From Candidatus Omnitrophota bacterium (GTDB taxonomy: Bacteria; Omnitrophota; Omnitrophia; Omnitrophales; Aquincolibacteriaceae), in assembly GCA_030698625.1 (NCBI GenBank), contig JAUYMS010000042.1:28150-92149 (forward strand): a stretch of DNA of 64,000 bases. Reading direction: 5' to 3'. The notes beneath the pieces are model-generated. The model searched no databases. It was not told the origin of the DNA and saw nothing but the letters and a program-made list of their open reading frames with translations. Positions 30,956-40,800 of the stretch are shown here, piece after piece; the first letter of the stretch is position 1; each line of letters begins with the position of its first letter. The position numbers and the translations under genes are program-made.

Positions 30956-32635
30956 CTATTGCTTCTGAATCCGCCTGAGCATTCCGAAGCTTCCCCACTC
31001 GTCGTTCACGCGTGCGTAGTTGTTATTAATATAATCCGTAAGCTGCAGGTAGTGCACCAGCGCGTTTATCGGGAAGACGCTCACATCGCGGTGAGTCACG
31101 ATCCAATCGGGCGGATGCTCGACAATGGCCGCCCGGACTCGCGGCGCCTGAACATCGAGTTCCGGCACGCCGGGAAGGTTAAAGTGGAAGGTCATACCGC
31201 GAAAACTGTCGCGTCCGGTCAGCGGATAAATAAGCTGCATTGTAGAAAGCACGAGCACGGTTTGATCTCCAGGGACGTGCTTTTTGATTGCGCTGACAAT
31301 CCCGTCAAGCGGCTCTCCCCACTCCTGATTGCACAACCACCCGGCCAGCGGCTCTGACTTCAGCACGTAGTTTGAGATGATCGGATAATTCCGAATCTCT
31401 TTACTCACCCAATCTTTATGTTCGGTCACCTTTGCCAGCGTTTCAGGATCGGCAGAACCGGGATACCCTTCCAGGATCAGTGTCGACTTCCCCACATTGT
31501 CGTGAAAAATATCCGTCGCGATATACCGGGCAAAGGGAATGATCTGAACCCCCGTGATAATCACAAGCGCTCCGAACATGGTGCGAAAAATGAGGGCTCG
31601 AATACCCGGCATGGCCGCAACGGAAAGACGGTAAAAGAGGATAAAGCCCAAAACGTTGGGAAGAATGATGAGCGGACTCAGGGAGTTCGTGCGGTGGGTG
31701 AACATTGCGCACATCACAGCACCGAGAAAAAGCACGATCCATTGAGACATTTTCAGCAGATGAGTCCAAACCCCTGCGAGCACGACAACCGCGACCAGCC
31801 AATAGTGCCGCTCGGCCCAATCCGGCAGTGACGCCCAGAGAGCGGAGCTTCGTTCCGCAATCACGGCGCCCCGCATAAAAGGCAGAATGTTATAGTTGAG
31901 AAAACCGTTTACGTCCCCAATGAAAATCCAACTCACCAGCAGCATCAGCACGGCTCCCGTGACAAAGCCCTTGATCCCTGAAAACCGCTCGGCAGAACTG
32001 ATCAGGACAAGAATGAACGTGAGCCCGTAAATAGCGCCGATATTAAACTTAGTCATAAAAGCGGCCACGGCAATCAGACCGCACAGAAGACCGCTGCCGA
32101 ATGCGGTTGTAGCTCCCTGAAGGGGCATCCGCGAAGACAGCACCAAAACCCCCAGCAGTCCCCAGACAAACGCATCGTGCGTGTAATTCGGAAAGGGGTA
32201 GGCCCAGTGAAAGCTCACCATGGCAAGTGCGGTAAGCACGAGCGTGACAACTAAAGGGGTGTGCTTCCGCAGAATAAAGAAAGTGAGAATCGTATTGAGC
32301 GAGCTTGTCAACAGCAGATGCGCCAGAATCGCCGTCTTACCGAAACCAAAGACCGTCATAAAAAAGGCCATGGTGTACGGAAAGAAGGGACCGTTGTGAT
32401 ACAAGAAATCCACGTAAATCTTCTGGCCGCGCAGGATTCGCCAGGCCATGTCGAGAAACCCGCCGTGGTCATTCGGGTCGAAGAAGACATGCATGTAGGT
32501 GAATTTCATGTAGACGGCGTTAACCGCAAGAAAAAGGGCCAGTCCGCCGTAGGCAATCCAGGTGCGCACAGACGGGCTGTGGTCCGCAGAATGGGAGCCG
32601 ATCTGATTAGTCGCTAACGAAAAAAAGGGTCTCAT
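30956..32635 (-). CDS. polytopic membrane protein, GT-C-fold glycosyltransferase-like (ArnT/PMT-like)
   Basis: 559 aa, at least 12 TM helices. N-terminal region with conserved acidic loop (FFDPNDHGGFLDMAWRIL) is typical of GT-C lipid-linked sugar transferases. Confidence 0.45.
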   Translation of the reverse strand: MRPFFSLATNQIGSHSADHSPSVRTWIAYGGLALFLAVNAVYMKFTYMHVFFDPNDHGGFLDMAWRILRGQKIYVDFLYHNGPFFPYTMAFFMTVFGFGKTAILAHLLLTSSLNTILTFFILRKHTPLVVTLVLTALAMVSFHWAYPFPNYTHDAFVWGLLGVLVLSSRMPLQGATTAFGSGLLCGLIAVAAFMTKFNIGAIYGLTFILVLISSAERFSGIKGFVTGAVLMLLVSWIFIGDVNGFLNYNILPFMRGAVIAERSSALWASLPDWAERHYWLVAVVVLAGVWTHLLKMSQWIVLFLGAVMCAMFTHRTNSLSPLIILPNVLGFILFYRLSVAAMPGIRALIFRTMFGALVIITGVQIIPFARYIATDIFHDNVGKSTLILEGYPGSADPETLAKVTEHKDWVSKEIRNYPIISNYVLKSEPLAGWLCNQEWGEPLDGIVSAIKKHVPGDQTVLVLSTMQLIYPLTGRDSFRGMTFHFNLPGVPELDVQAPRVRAAIVEHPPDWIVTHRDVSVFPINALVHYLQLTDYINNNYARVNDEWGSFGMLRRIQKQ

Positions 32636-32667
32636 GGCCGTTCAGCATATAATATAATCAGCTAATT

Positions 32668-33393
32668 TCAAGAACCGTTTTGCCGGCGGCAGAGGTTAAT
32701 CTTTTTTTTGGATTTGCTTCCTGTCTTTCTCGCGATCCAAATGATATGGTGCCCGCCTTTACCGCTGGAATGCGCCCGCACACGAACCTCGTCTACCGTA
32801 AATCCGACCTTGTTCATACGGGCAGTAAACGCTGCATCCGGGCCGGCCGACCATGTGGCAAGCACGCCTTTCGGACGCAAGGCAGCAAAGATTGCATAGA
32901 GCCCCTTCAAACTATAGAACCAGTCATTATCCGTCCGAGTCACCGCGCCGGGACCATTGTCAACATCAAGCATGATGGCATTGTAGCGCGCCGGCCCTGC
33001 CTGAATCATTTCAGCCGCATCGGCTTCACGAATGCTCACGCGTTTGTCGCTCAGCGGACGGCCCGCCAAACCTGCGAGCGGCCCCCGGTTCCATCTCACC
33101 ACAGCCGGCACGAGCTCCGCCACCACAACCTGCGCTTTGACCGGGAGTCGGTCGAGCGCTGCTCTGAGGGTGAAACCCATGCCCAGCCCTCCAATCAGAA
33201 CGCGCGGCTTTTCTTGATTTTCAATTCTTTTGCAGGCAAGCTCAGCCAGCGCTTCTTCAGACCCGTGAGCCCGACTGCTCATGAGCTCCGCATTCCCCAC
33301 GGTGATAGAGTAATCCTCATCATGCTTGTAGAGGCAAATCTCTTTTCCTCCGTCGGGTGTTGCTGCCTTGCTGATTAAAATCCGGGGAATCAT
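32668..33393 (-). CDS. spermidine-synthase-family (PABS-like) Rossmann methyltransferase-fold protein
   Basis: VLIGGLGMGFTLRAAL glycine-rich loop and PABS-like core; 241 aa. Confidence 0.55.
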   Translation of the reverse strand: MIPRILISKAATPDGGKEICLYKHDEDYSITVGNAELMSSRAHGSEEALAELACKRIENQEKPRVLIGGLGMGFTLRAALDRLPVKAQVVVAELVPAVVRWNRGPLAGLAGRPLSDKRVSIREADAAEMIQAGPARYNAIMLDVDNGPGAVTRTDNDWFYSLKGLYAIFAALRPKGVLATWSAGPDAAFTARMNKVGFTVDEVRVRAHSSGKGGHHIIWIARKTGSKSKKKINLCRRQNGS

Positions 33394-33429
33394 CAGTTCC
33401 TCAATCCCTGTCTAGGGTAGAAAATAGGG

Positions 33430-34659
33430 TCAAATTTGTTCGTAGAATTGCTGAACGACCGCATCAGCACGAATGGAAGAAGGATCCCAACCCATTAAAG
33501 TAATGCCCTTGCCGCTGCGCGCCCGGCTGAGCGCCACATAAGCCTGCCCGGGTTCCCAAAGAGAACGCAGACTCACGTGCATGCGATCGAGCGTTGTGCC
33601 CTGCATCTTGTGAATGGTGCTGGCATAAGCCAAAGTCACGGGGAAATTAGTCGCGAAGGCGGCTTCCACTCCCTCATCATCCAGGACCGTAAATGTAAAA
33701 GGTTCCACATCAATAACCTTCTTCCCCACCCTGATGCACAACGCGTCTTCGAACAACTCTTCAATCGTGCCGACGGTTCCGTTCACGTACCGCTGTTTGG
33801 GATCATTCATCCGCATCATCACAAGCGCACTTTTCTTAAGTTCGAGGATCTCGGGAACCGGCGCATCCCGCTTAAGCCGTGTCACGTAAATGTCCCGTCC
33901 GCCGTACTCGGTGGGGTAACACCGCATGGGGTGTTTAATTTCACTTAGCCTTGCCCGGTTAAAGGCACTGGTTTCGGCGCGGCGGGGAAATACATGAGGC
34001 ACATCACTTTCAAGTTCTTCGTCCGTAATAAGCCGTTCCTGCAAAAAGGCCTCGACCCTTTCGGTCGTCTTGCCGAGCCGGACATCCCCAAGAATCTGCA
34101 AAAAGGCTACATCCGTTGTACGCTTCACTTCGATAAGAATGACCTTCTTGAACTTCGCCTGACGCCAGGCCTCGGACAAAAAACACCACTCCCGTTCCCG
34201 GCCGCGGCTGATCGGCGGGAGCTGGGCAAAATCCCCGACCGCAATGATCCGGATACCGCCCCACGGTAATTTGGACTTTCTTGCGGCCCTTGCGATTTTC
34301 TCCGCACAATCCAGGCTCTCACTCGAAAGCATCGAAACCTCATCAATGACAAGCGTCTTCGTTTCCGCAATCCGTCTCTTTAAACGCTTGTTTTTCAAGG
34401 CCTTCTGCACAACGAATTCAGGGCCGCCCTGCATAATTCCCAAACCGAAGAAACTGTGGAAGGTCCGGCCGCCGATCAAGATAGCGGCCGCACCGGTACT
34501 CGCCACGACCGGGATCTCCTCGCGGCTTCTCGTCAAATACTCGGCAATAAGAAAACTTTTGCCCGTGCCGGGGCCGCCGGTCAGGAAAACATTATCGCTG
34601 CCGTCCAGCATTTCGGTCAGTCCGGCTTGTTGGGAACGTGTCAATTTGACGGGTTTCAT
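33430..34659 (-). CDS. PIF1/RecD-like superfamily-1 DNA helicase
   Basis: Walker A GGPGTGKSFLI; RTFHSFFGL; C-terminal STIHKMQGTTLD motif typical of Pif1/RecD helicases. Confidence 0.7.
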   Translation of the reverse strand: MKPVKLTRSQQAGLTEMLDGSDNVFLTGGPGTGKSFLIAEYLTRSREEIPVVASTGAAAILIGGRTFHSFFGLGIMQGGPEFVVQKALKNKRLKRRIAETKTLVIDEVSMLSSESLDCAEKIARAARKSKLPWGGIRIIAVGDFAQLPPISRGREREWCFLSEAWRQAKFKKVILIEVKRTTDVAFLQILGDVRLGKTTERVEAFLQERLITDEELESDVPHVFPRRAETSAFNRARLSEIKHPMRCYPTEYGGRDIYVTRLKRDAPVPEILELKKSALVMMRMNDPKQRYVNGTVGTIEELFEDALCIRVGKKVIDVEPFTFTVLDDEGVEAAFATNFPVTLAYASTIHKMQGTTLDRMHVSLRSLWEPGQAYVALSRARSGKGITLMGWDPSSIRADAVVQQFYEQI

Positions 34660-34682
34660 TATAATGAGGGATGTCGAGCTTA

Positions 34683-35261
34683 TTAGGAGTTACGCGGAGG
34701 ATATTCTTTTAGTAGCGATTTTAATCTTACACTACAGTCGCTGCCATATTGAGTCGCTAGTTTCGCAAGAAGGCCTTGATCGATTTTCTCGCCTGACACT
34801 TTCAGCACGCCGATAATGTCCTGCGTATCTTTGGGAGAACCGGCGAAAATCTTCATTGCAATAAAATCTTCCCGGCTAACGATCTTCACTTGGCAATCCA
34901 TGAACCTTGCCTCCTGAACACGACGGAATGCTTCTTGCTCCATGCCGCGGATTCCGATCAGGAGGTCCACACGATTATGAAAATCATCTTGAATGTTGAT
35001 GACCGCGGTAATCGGATCCTCAGAATCGCCTCTGCGGTGGTCAAACCTTAAGCCCCGGGCACTCAGATCTCTGCCGAGATCAAGGGCTTCCTGGGTGGTC
35101 TGAACCGAAATCACGGCATCCGCATCCAGACTGGCTCGAACCATACCATAAAAGGAGGCCGCAAAGGCTCCGATAATCGCATAGTCGATATGCCGCTTAT
35201 TCAACACGGAAATCACATCGAGGAGAAGTAAAGCCGACTGACCGGAAGCCGTCGTTCTCAT
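34683..35261 (-). CDS. nucleotidyltransferase-fold (Pol-beta-like) protein
   Basis: GAFAASFYGMVRASLDADAV fits the GS-x(9-13)-DxD NTase motif. Start set to the in-frame ATG at 35261 (MRTTASG...); the longer track ORF has an unconserved N-extension. Confidence 0.45.
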   Translation of the reverse strand: MRTTASGQSALLLLDVISVLNKRHIDYAIIGAFAASFYGMVRASLDADAVISVQTTQEALDLGRDLSARGLRFDHRRGDSEDPITAVINIQDDFHNRVDLLIGIRGMEQEAFRRVQEARFMDCQVKIVSREDFIAMKIFAGSPKDTQDIIGVLKVSGEKIDQGLLAKLATQYGSDCSVRLKSLLKEYPPRNS

Positions 35262-35538
35262 GCTTTTGACTTTTTTTCTTTTCCCGCTATTGAGAATTGG
35301 ATCACAAGCTGCGAATGACGATAAAATGCCAACAACCTCTCTTCCGGAGAAAGGGAGCAATTCAGTTTGATAAGGTCGTCGTAATCTTGTTGAAGAACGC
35401 GCGATTTCATAACAAAAATATACCACACTCCGGCTCAAAAAGGATCAAATGAATAGCGTTCCAAAGTAGTTTCAATTGGGACCAATTATACCAGTGGCTC
35501 AGGGCAGTTGAAACACTCAAAGAAGCCCGTTCAGCTAT

Positions 35539-35950
35539 CTAAGAACAACGCGTCAATGTGTTCTGATCGGTATGTTCGAATGACCTGCCGTAAATTTCCA
35601 GCATAGTGGTTTCGGCATAAGCCATTTGATTGCCCTCTACCGAAATTTTATGCGTAAACCCGGCCGTTCGCGGTTGACGCATCCCACATCCAGTAACCTG
35701 TTTCATTATGAAAAACTTTTTGATTTGATTTTTTGCTGACAACCTGATGATAGCGAAGCACCGACAAAGCCTGCTCCTCGGCGTTTTTTACATCACCGAT
35801 GGCTTCGAAAAGAATGGTCTCGTAATAGGGATTTTCTTCTTTCCCCTCCGGTTCAGGAGCCACGTCCATCCCTTTATCACCCTTCCAAGTCCCAACCAAA
35901 CACGCCAGAGGACCATAAGCAATTCCATTTATCACGGTTGTTTGACTCAT
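35539..35950 (-). pseudogene. nitrobindin/THAP4-like (DUF1794) heme-binding beta-barrel gene, split by a frameshift near 35650-35665
   Basis: ORF 35648..35950 carries LVGTWKGDKG and YHQVV...ETGYW signatures, then stops after GRVYA. The adjacent frame (ORF 35539..35742) continues with beta-strand-like sequence. Combined length of about 165 aa matches family size. The break lies in a GGGTTT run. Confidence 0.45.
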
Positions 35951-36318
35951 ATTTCACCCTTTCTTTATGAAAAAAGCGCCCCACCGATGCAACTCACCCC
36001 GAGCACAACTCTAATGAGTATCATATACGTAAAATACCGGGGATCATCGCGGCGTAAGACTCTTCCTCTCCCGGTGCCGCCCCAGGTTTCGCCCCGCTTC
36101 CCCTCCTGCAGGTTATCATAGAACCTTTGAGTGGGATACGCGAAATCAACGTCTGGCGTCCCCAACCATTTTCAATTTGAACTATTCAGAAACCTTTGAT
36201 CGGAACAAATCGTACCATTGGCTCCGTGAAATGGAAATGCTAAAGGAAGCGTGCTTGTGCCCTCTGCGTTAGCCGAGTTTTGTAATAGATTAATGACACA
36301 AAAAAAAGATATTTTATT

Positions 36319-36612
36319 TTAACTTTTAATTTTCCCCAATTTGATTTTTTCTAATCCGATAGGAAATTGCTCATGCCAGGCAATCATACCTCTTTTAAGG
36401 CTTGCCACATTCAGCACACCGTCCTTCTTGAGTAGAACTGAGGCTTGCCCAGATCGTTTGCCAGAGCGGCAGATTGTCACGATTGGCTTATTTCTCGGAA
36501 TTTCTTTGATCCTAGCTATTAATTGATCCAGCGGAATATTGAGCGCATCCTTGGTGATCATCGTCTTGTCTGCGGCGTGAGCTACGAAGGAAAAGTCTAC
36601 CCCGGCGAGCAT
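36319..36612 (-). CDS. rhodanese-domain protein, apparently N-terminally truncated
   Basis: C-terminal half of a rhodanese fold with active-site loop TICRSGKRSGQAS; the N-terminal half of the domain is not present. Confidence 0.5.
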   Translation of the reverse strand: MLAGVDFSFVAHAADKTMITKDALNIPLDQLIARIKEIPRNKPIVTICRSGKRSGQASVLLKKDGVLNVASLKRGMIAWHEQFPIGLEKIKLGKIKS

Positions 36613-37425
36613 GAAGCTTTTCTTTCAGAAGAAGTTTACAATCAAGCGCAAGTATTGTTGAAGCTAAATAAGCGCGAGCGCGGCGTTTCAAAGAACAAAA
36701 AATTTGATGGCATTCTGAGCCGTCTGTTTCGATGTGCTTGTTGTCACGCCAGCATGTGTCATGGTTACGCCAAAAAGAAGAACAACGCCTACCGCTATTA
36801 CACATGCCTCACCGCGCTCAAAAGAAACAGGAAAGACTGCCCTATCAAAAGCGTAAGTGCCTCAGTGATTGAAAATAAATGTCTGGATATTCTGCGGTAT
36901 ATTTCAAGCGATGAGCGGCTTGAAAAAGAACGGTGGAAAGCTTTGAATCTCGAAGAGCAAATCACCGCTTTGCGCTCGCTTGTGCGGCAGATCAATTATG
37001 ATGGCCAAAAAGGAAAACTGTATATCGAATTGACCCATGACTCGCACAAGCATGAATTCGACCTCCCGTTGGCAGCACTGAAAAGCCGCTTGAGAACCAC
37101 AGGCGAGCCAAACCTTGAACAGGAACCTCCCATTAGAAGGCAGCTCTTGCTCGCTCATCAGATCCAGCAAATGCTCGACAAAGGCCAAGCCAAAGACTTG
37201 AACCAACTGGCAGGATGGCTCGGCGTGAGCAAAACCCGCCTCGACCAAATCACAAATCTGCTCTATCTCTGCCCCAAGATCCAAGAAGAAATCATTAATG
37301 GCGACCGCCTGCAAATCGAGCGAATCGGAGAAAGAACGATTCGTCCCCTCTCTGTTGAAATCGACTGGCAGCAGCAGATCAGCGCTTGGAAAAAACTGCT
37401 TTCAAGCGAAACCCTCTCCGCGTAA
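36523..37425 (+). pseudogene. C-terminal fragment of a large serine recombinase (recombinase and zinc beta-ribbon domains only; catalytic resolvase domain missing)
   Basis: YRYYTC...RKDCP zinc-ribbon motif and coiled-coil region typical of large serine recombinases. No N-terminal catalytic Ser domain. Lower GC than surroundings. About 330 bp from tRNA-Glu. Confidence 0.6.
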
Positions 37426-37752
37426 ACCAGAGATAGACGCTCCACAAAAACCAATCATCCGATCATAAGCTGGTTGTGGGCTGATTTTTGGATCAGACAT
37501 CTCTGAGATTTGCGCCATAAGGGATCAAAACCAGTTCGCAAAAATAATGTTCACTTTAGAGAGGAATCGGAGATTGCACACGAGAAATGGCCTTGTCTGG
37601 AGATGTGGTTTTGAAACCAGAACGACTTGGCAAAAGGCTGAAACTCACGCTTGCCCTAAGCCTTTGAAACGTCGCGAGATGAAGAAGGCCTTGGCTCGTT
37701 TTGCGAACCAAGGCCTTAAAATCTATCTCTGTCGCGCAGAGATAGACATGAT

Positions 37753-37830
37753 TGGCGTCCCCAAGGGGATTTGAACCCCTGTTACTAGAATGAAAATCTA
37801 GTGTCCTAGACCTAGCTAGACGATGGGGAC
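37753..37830 (-). tRNA. tRNA-Glu(TTC) with encoded CCA
   Basis: GTCCCCATCGTCTAGCTAGGTCTAGGACACTAGATTTTCATTCTAGTAACAGGGGTTCAAATCCCCTTGGGGACGCCA; anticodon loop TTTTCAT. Confidence 0.9.
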
Positions 37831-37858
37831 CTGACAACCGAGGGGAGATTATACAGAA

Positions 37859-40800
37859 TTACGCGGCTGTGCGCAATTCTTCCTGTGCGGCAAGATAAGT
37901 CGAAATGGCGGCCATGACGAAGCCGAATGCGTCGGGGGCCAGCTGTGAGGGGTCCAGAATATCGGGCGACTCGGCTAATTGTCTGTGCAGGGAAACGGCC
38001 GCGGTCGTAATGTATGCGGCCAACACCTCTGCGCGCAGTAAAGCATCCGCGGAATATCGAAAACGCGTCAGGCCGCGCCTCCAATGCGGAAAATCATTTC
38101 GGTCGAGCACGCCGTGGCGCTCACCGGTGCCGAAACGGCGCTTCGGAACCGAAACCAATTTCCTGTTCGTCACCGTCGCCACGACTTCAAACTGCCCGTC
38201 GTGTAAAGCAAGTCCCAACCGCTTGGCTTCGTCCAAAATACCTTTTTGGACCCTTTGGGCCTGATCCTCAGTGATGCCTTCAATGTTCAGACGAAGCGCA
38301 CCGGCCGTGTTATAAACAACGGCGAGCACCGGGACAAAGCTCGTGTAATTCTCAGGCGCTTGCGGCAACTGCACATGCACCGCATTCCCCTTCTCGGGCG
38401 TAAATGCTGTCGTTGGTTTGAAACCCAGTTGTTCGGAGATCAAGTCAGAAAATGCCTGCAAATCTTCGGATGTAATTCCTGCGGTCTCGATACCAAGAAT
38501 CAGTTCTACCAAACGGTCCTCGAACCATGCGCGGGCGGCTGTTTGACGTGCCGTAATTCGCCGGCCGTCTTTATCAACGACGGCAACGCGCTCCGGCAGC
38601 CGCACAGCGATACCGGCTTCGGAGAACACAGACCCGAGCCTCGCGGCGACTTCCACAGCGGTTTCTCGGCCCGCCGGATCGAAGCCCGGAACTCCGTCAA
38701 AACGAGTATTTCGGTACCGGCGTCTTACATCGAGGCCGAATTCGTGAGTGGTTGAAATCTCCGAAGGCGCCGCTGCACGTAGTTCCGAGCGGTCAGGTTC
38801 AACAGCAACATCGGGACGGGACGAATCCAAAACACGTTTGCTTTCATTAATAAAATTGCTTATTTCAGGCGACAAATGTGCCCGTTTCGTAAGAAAACCG
38901 TCCGGTCCGGTCATGCCGGCGACAAGCTGGTAAACCGGCAAATAAAACGGCGTCCGGTCACTCCAGTCATGTTTGGCTTGTGCCGCCTGAACGGTCAGGC
39001 TGTCCCATCGTGACCCGTTCCTTTTTTTGATCGCCACGGCCCGGGTGACCGCTTGGAGCAAGGCGTCACCCGTATAGTCGTAAAACAGAAAAGCATCACC
39101 CTTGTCCGTCTCCTCGTCGTAATCATTGAGCGTCGCCGCCAAGCCGCCAACGCCTCGGCCGATGACTAGGGCTCCTCCGGCCAGGGCCTCCATCTGAGTA
39201 ATTCCGCCCGGCTCATAGCGCGAAGGCATGAGGAAGAAATCACTGCCCGTCATGACTTCCCAAGCCGCTTGAATCGGCACAAATGTGAACTGCCCGTAGA
39301 TGCGGCCCGGATACCGGCGCGTTAATTCCGGCAGAATTTGATACAAGGCGTCGGCCGTAGCATCGCCCTGCTTTATGATCGTTCCGCTGGCGTCGCGTTG
39401 ACTCAATGCCGCCGGTCCTGCAATGAAAATTTGAATGCGTTCATCTTTTTTAAGTATCTTTTCCAGCACGGTTTCTCCGCTTTCATCCGTTTCAGTCAGA
39501 AGCGGCAGGCCCTTTTGATCGGAGAGTCTTCCCACCATGGACAGCAGGATCGCGTCGTCACGTTCCTCGAGCCCGTATTTTTTTTGAACGCGGCGTTTCG
39601 TTTCGGCCTTGGCTGCCGGTAAATCACGAAGATACGCCTCGTTACTGAAGTCCTCCGGCGCCCTTCCTGAAAGACCCCAGAGAATCCGCCGAAAAGCGGG
39701 TTGATCGATACCGTTACTGATGCCAAAAAGGCGGTCTGAATATTCGCGAAGGTTCTTGTCGAGCCCCTCCCCGCCTTCCGGTGTCAGCATCTGCTCGGCA
39801 TAAAGTTTACTCATCGTCGTCAGGGCTTGCGTAACCTGGGCAAACGTCGAGGCCACAAGATTCATGTGGTCCGGGTCATTCGGATCCTTAACCAGATCAT
39901 AGGTCATGCGCTGCCGTCCCTGTTCTTCGTATTCATTGGGAAGGTTCAAGAACGGCCACAAATCGATATCACCTTCGTTGGTATAAATGCGTTTCTGAAA
40001 ATGAGGGGGGTAATTATGAATCGTGAACATCGTTTCGGCTTGTTGCAAATAGGGGTCTCTATTGTAGCGGGGTCCCCTGCGGAAAAACAAGGGGATGAGA
40101 CTTGCCATCCAGTCGTGCGCTGAAATGACGTGCGCATCCACGCCGATGCTGCGGTCCTTGAGAATTTCAAGGCTGCCCCGGGAAAGAAAGATCGTGCGTT
40201 TAAGCTCTTCGGAGTGTGACACCTGCGGGTAAAGCTCGTCGCCCAAACGGCGGTGACGCAGAAATAAATAACGGACGCCCCCGTCATTGGCCTCATAGAC
40301 CTTGGCCTTAATGATCCTGGCGAAAGTTCGGACCTTGTCATCCGTAATGCCCGTGATATGGGTGCCTGACCGATAGGTCGGACCGAAAGGGATTGTTACC
40401 TCGCCGACAGGGTCGGGGGCCAGTCGAATGACTTCATCATGGATTCGAAATCCGTCGCGCAATACAGTCTCGGCACTTTCGTGGTGTTTCGGAAGTTCTT
40501 TTTCATACAAAGTTGTGATGACGGTCACGGAAATGCCGCTTCGCACCAACGCGCGGCTCAGCCCTTCCATCACCTTGGCGAGGCCGCCGGCAATCGCGTG
40601 GGACGCCTCAGGAGAAACAAAAACTACCTCACCGACACCGAGCGTTTCTACGGCAAGATAGGCTGGAAGCTTGCGATCCCGTTCGGTCTCGGAATCCGTC
40701 GCAAGGTCTGTACGCAAACGGGCATGATGCTCAAAAAGGCGAACGAGAAGAGCTTCATCATCCTGCACCGCCTCAAAAACTAATTTACCCGTCCCCCGCA

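Larger units (their letters stand above)
35951..37752. mobile_element. degraded integrated-element scar next to tRNA-Glu (AT-rich spacer, truncated rhodanese, truncated serine recombinase)
   Basis: Local GC drop; AT-rich 35951-36320 (AAAAAAAGATATTTTATTTTAACTTTTAATTTT); two 5'-truncated genes overlap head-to-head at 36523-36612; tRNA 3' end adjacent. Confidence 0.3.

Noticed and set aside
33430-37830. An intact prophage or integrative element at tRNA-Glu
   Set aside because: There are no capsid, terminase, tail or full integrase genes. Only a recombinase fragment, a helicase and an NTase are present, so at most a decayed remnant.
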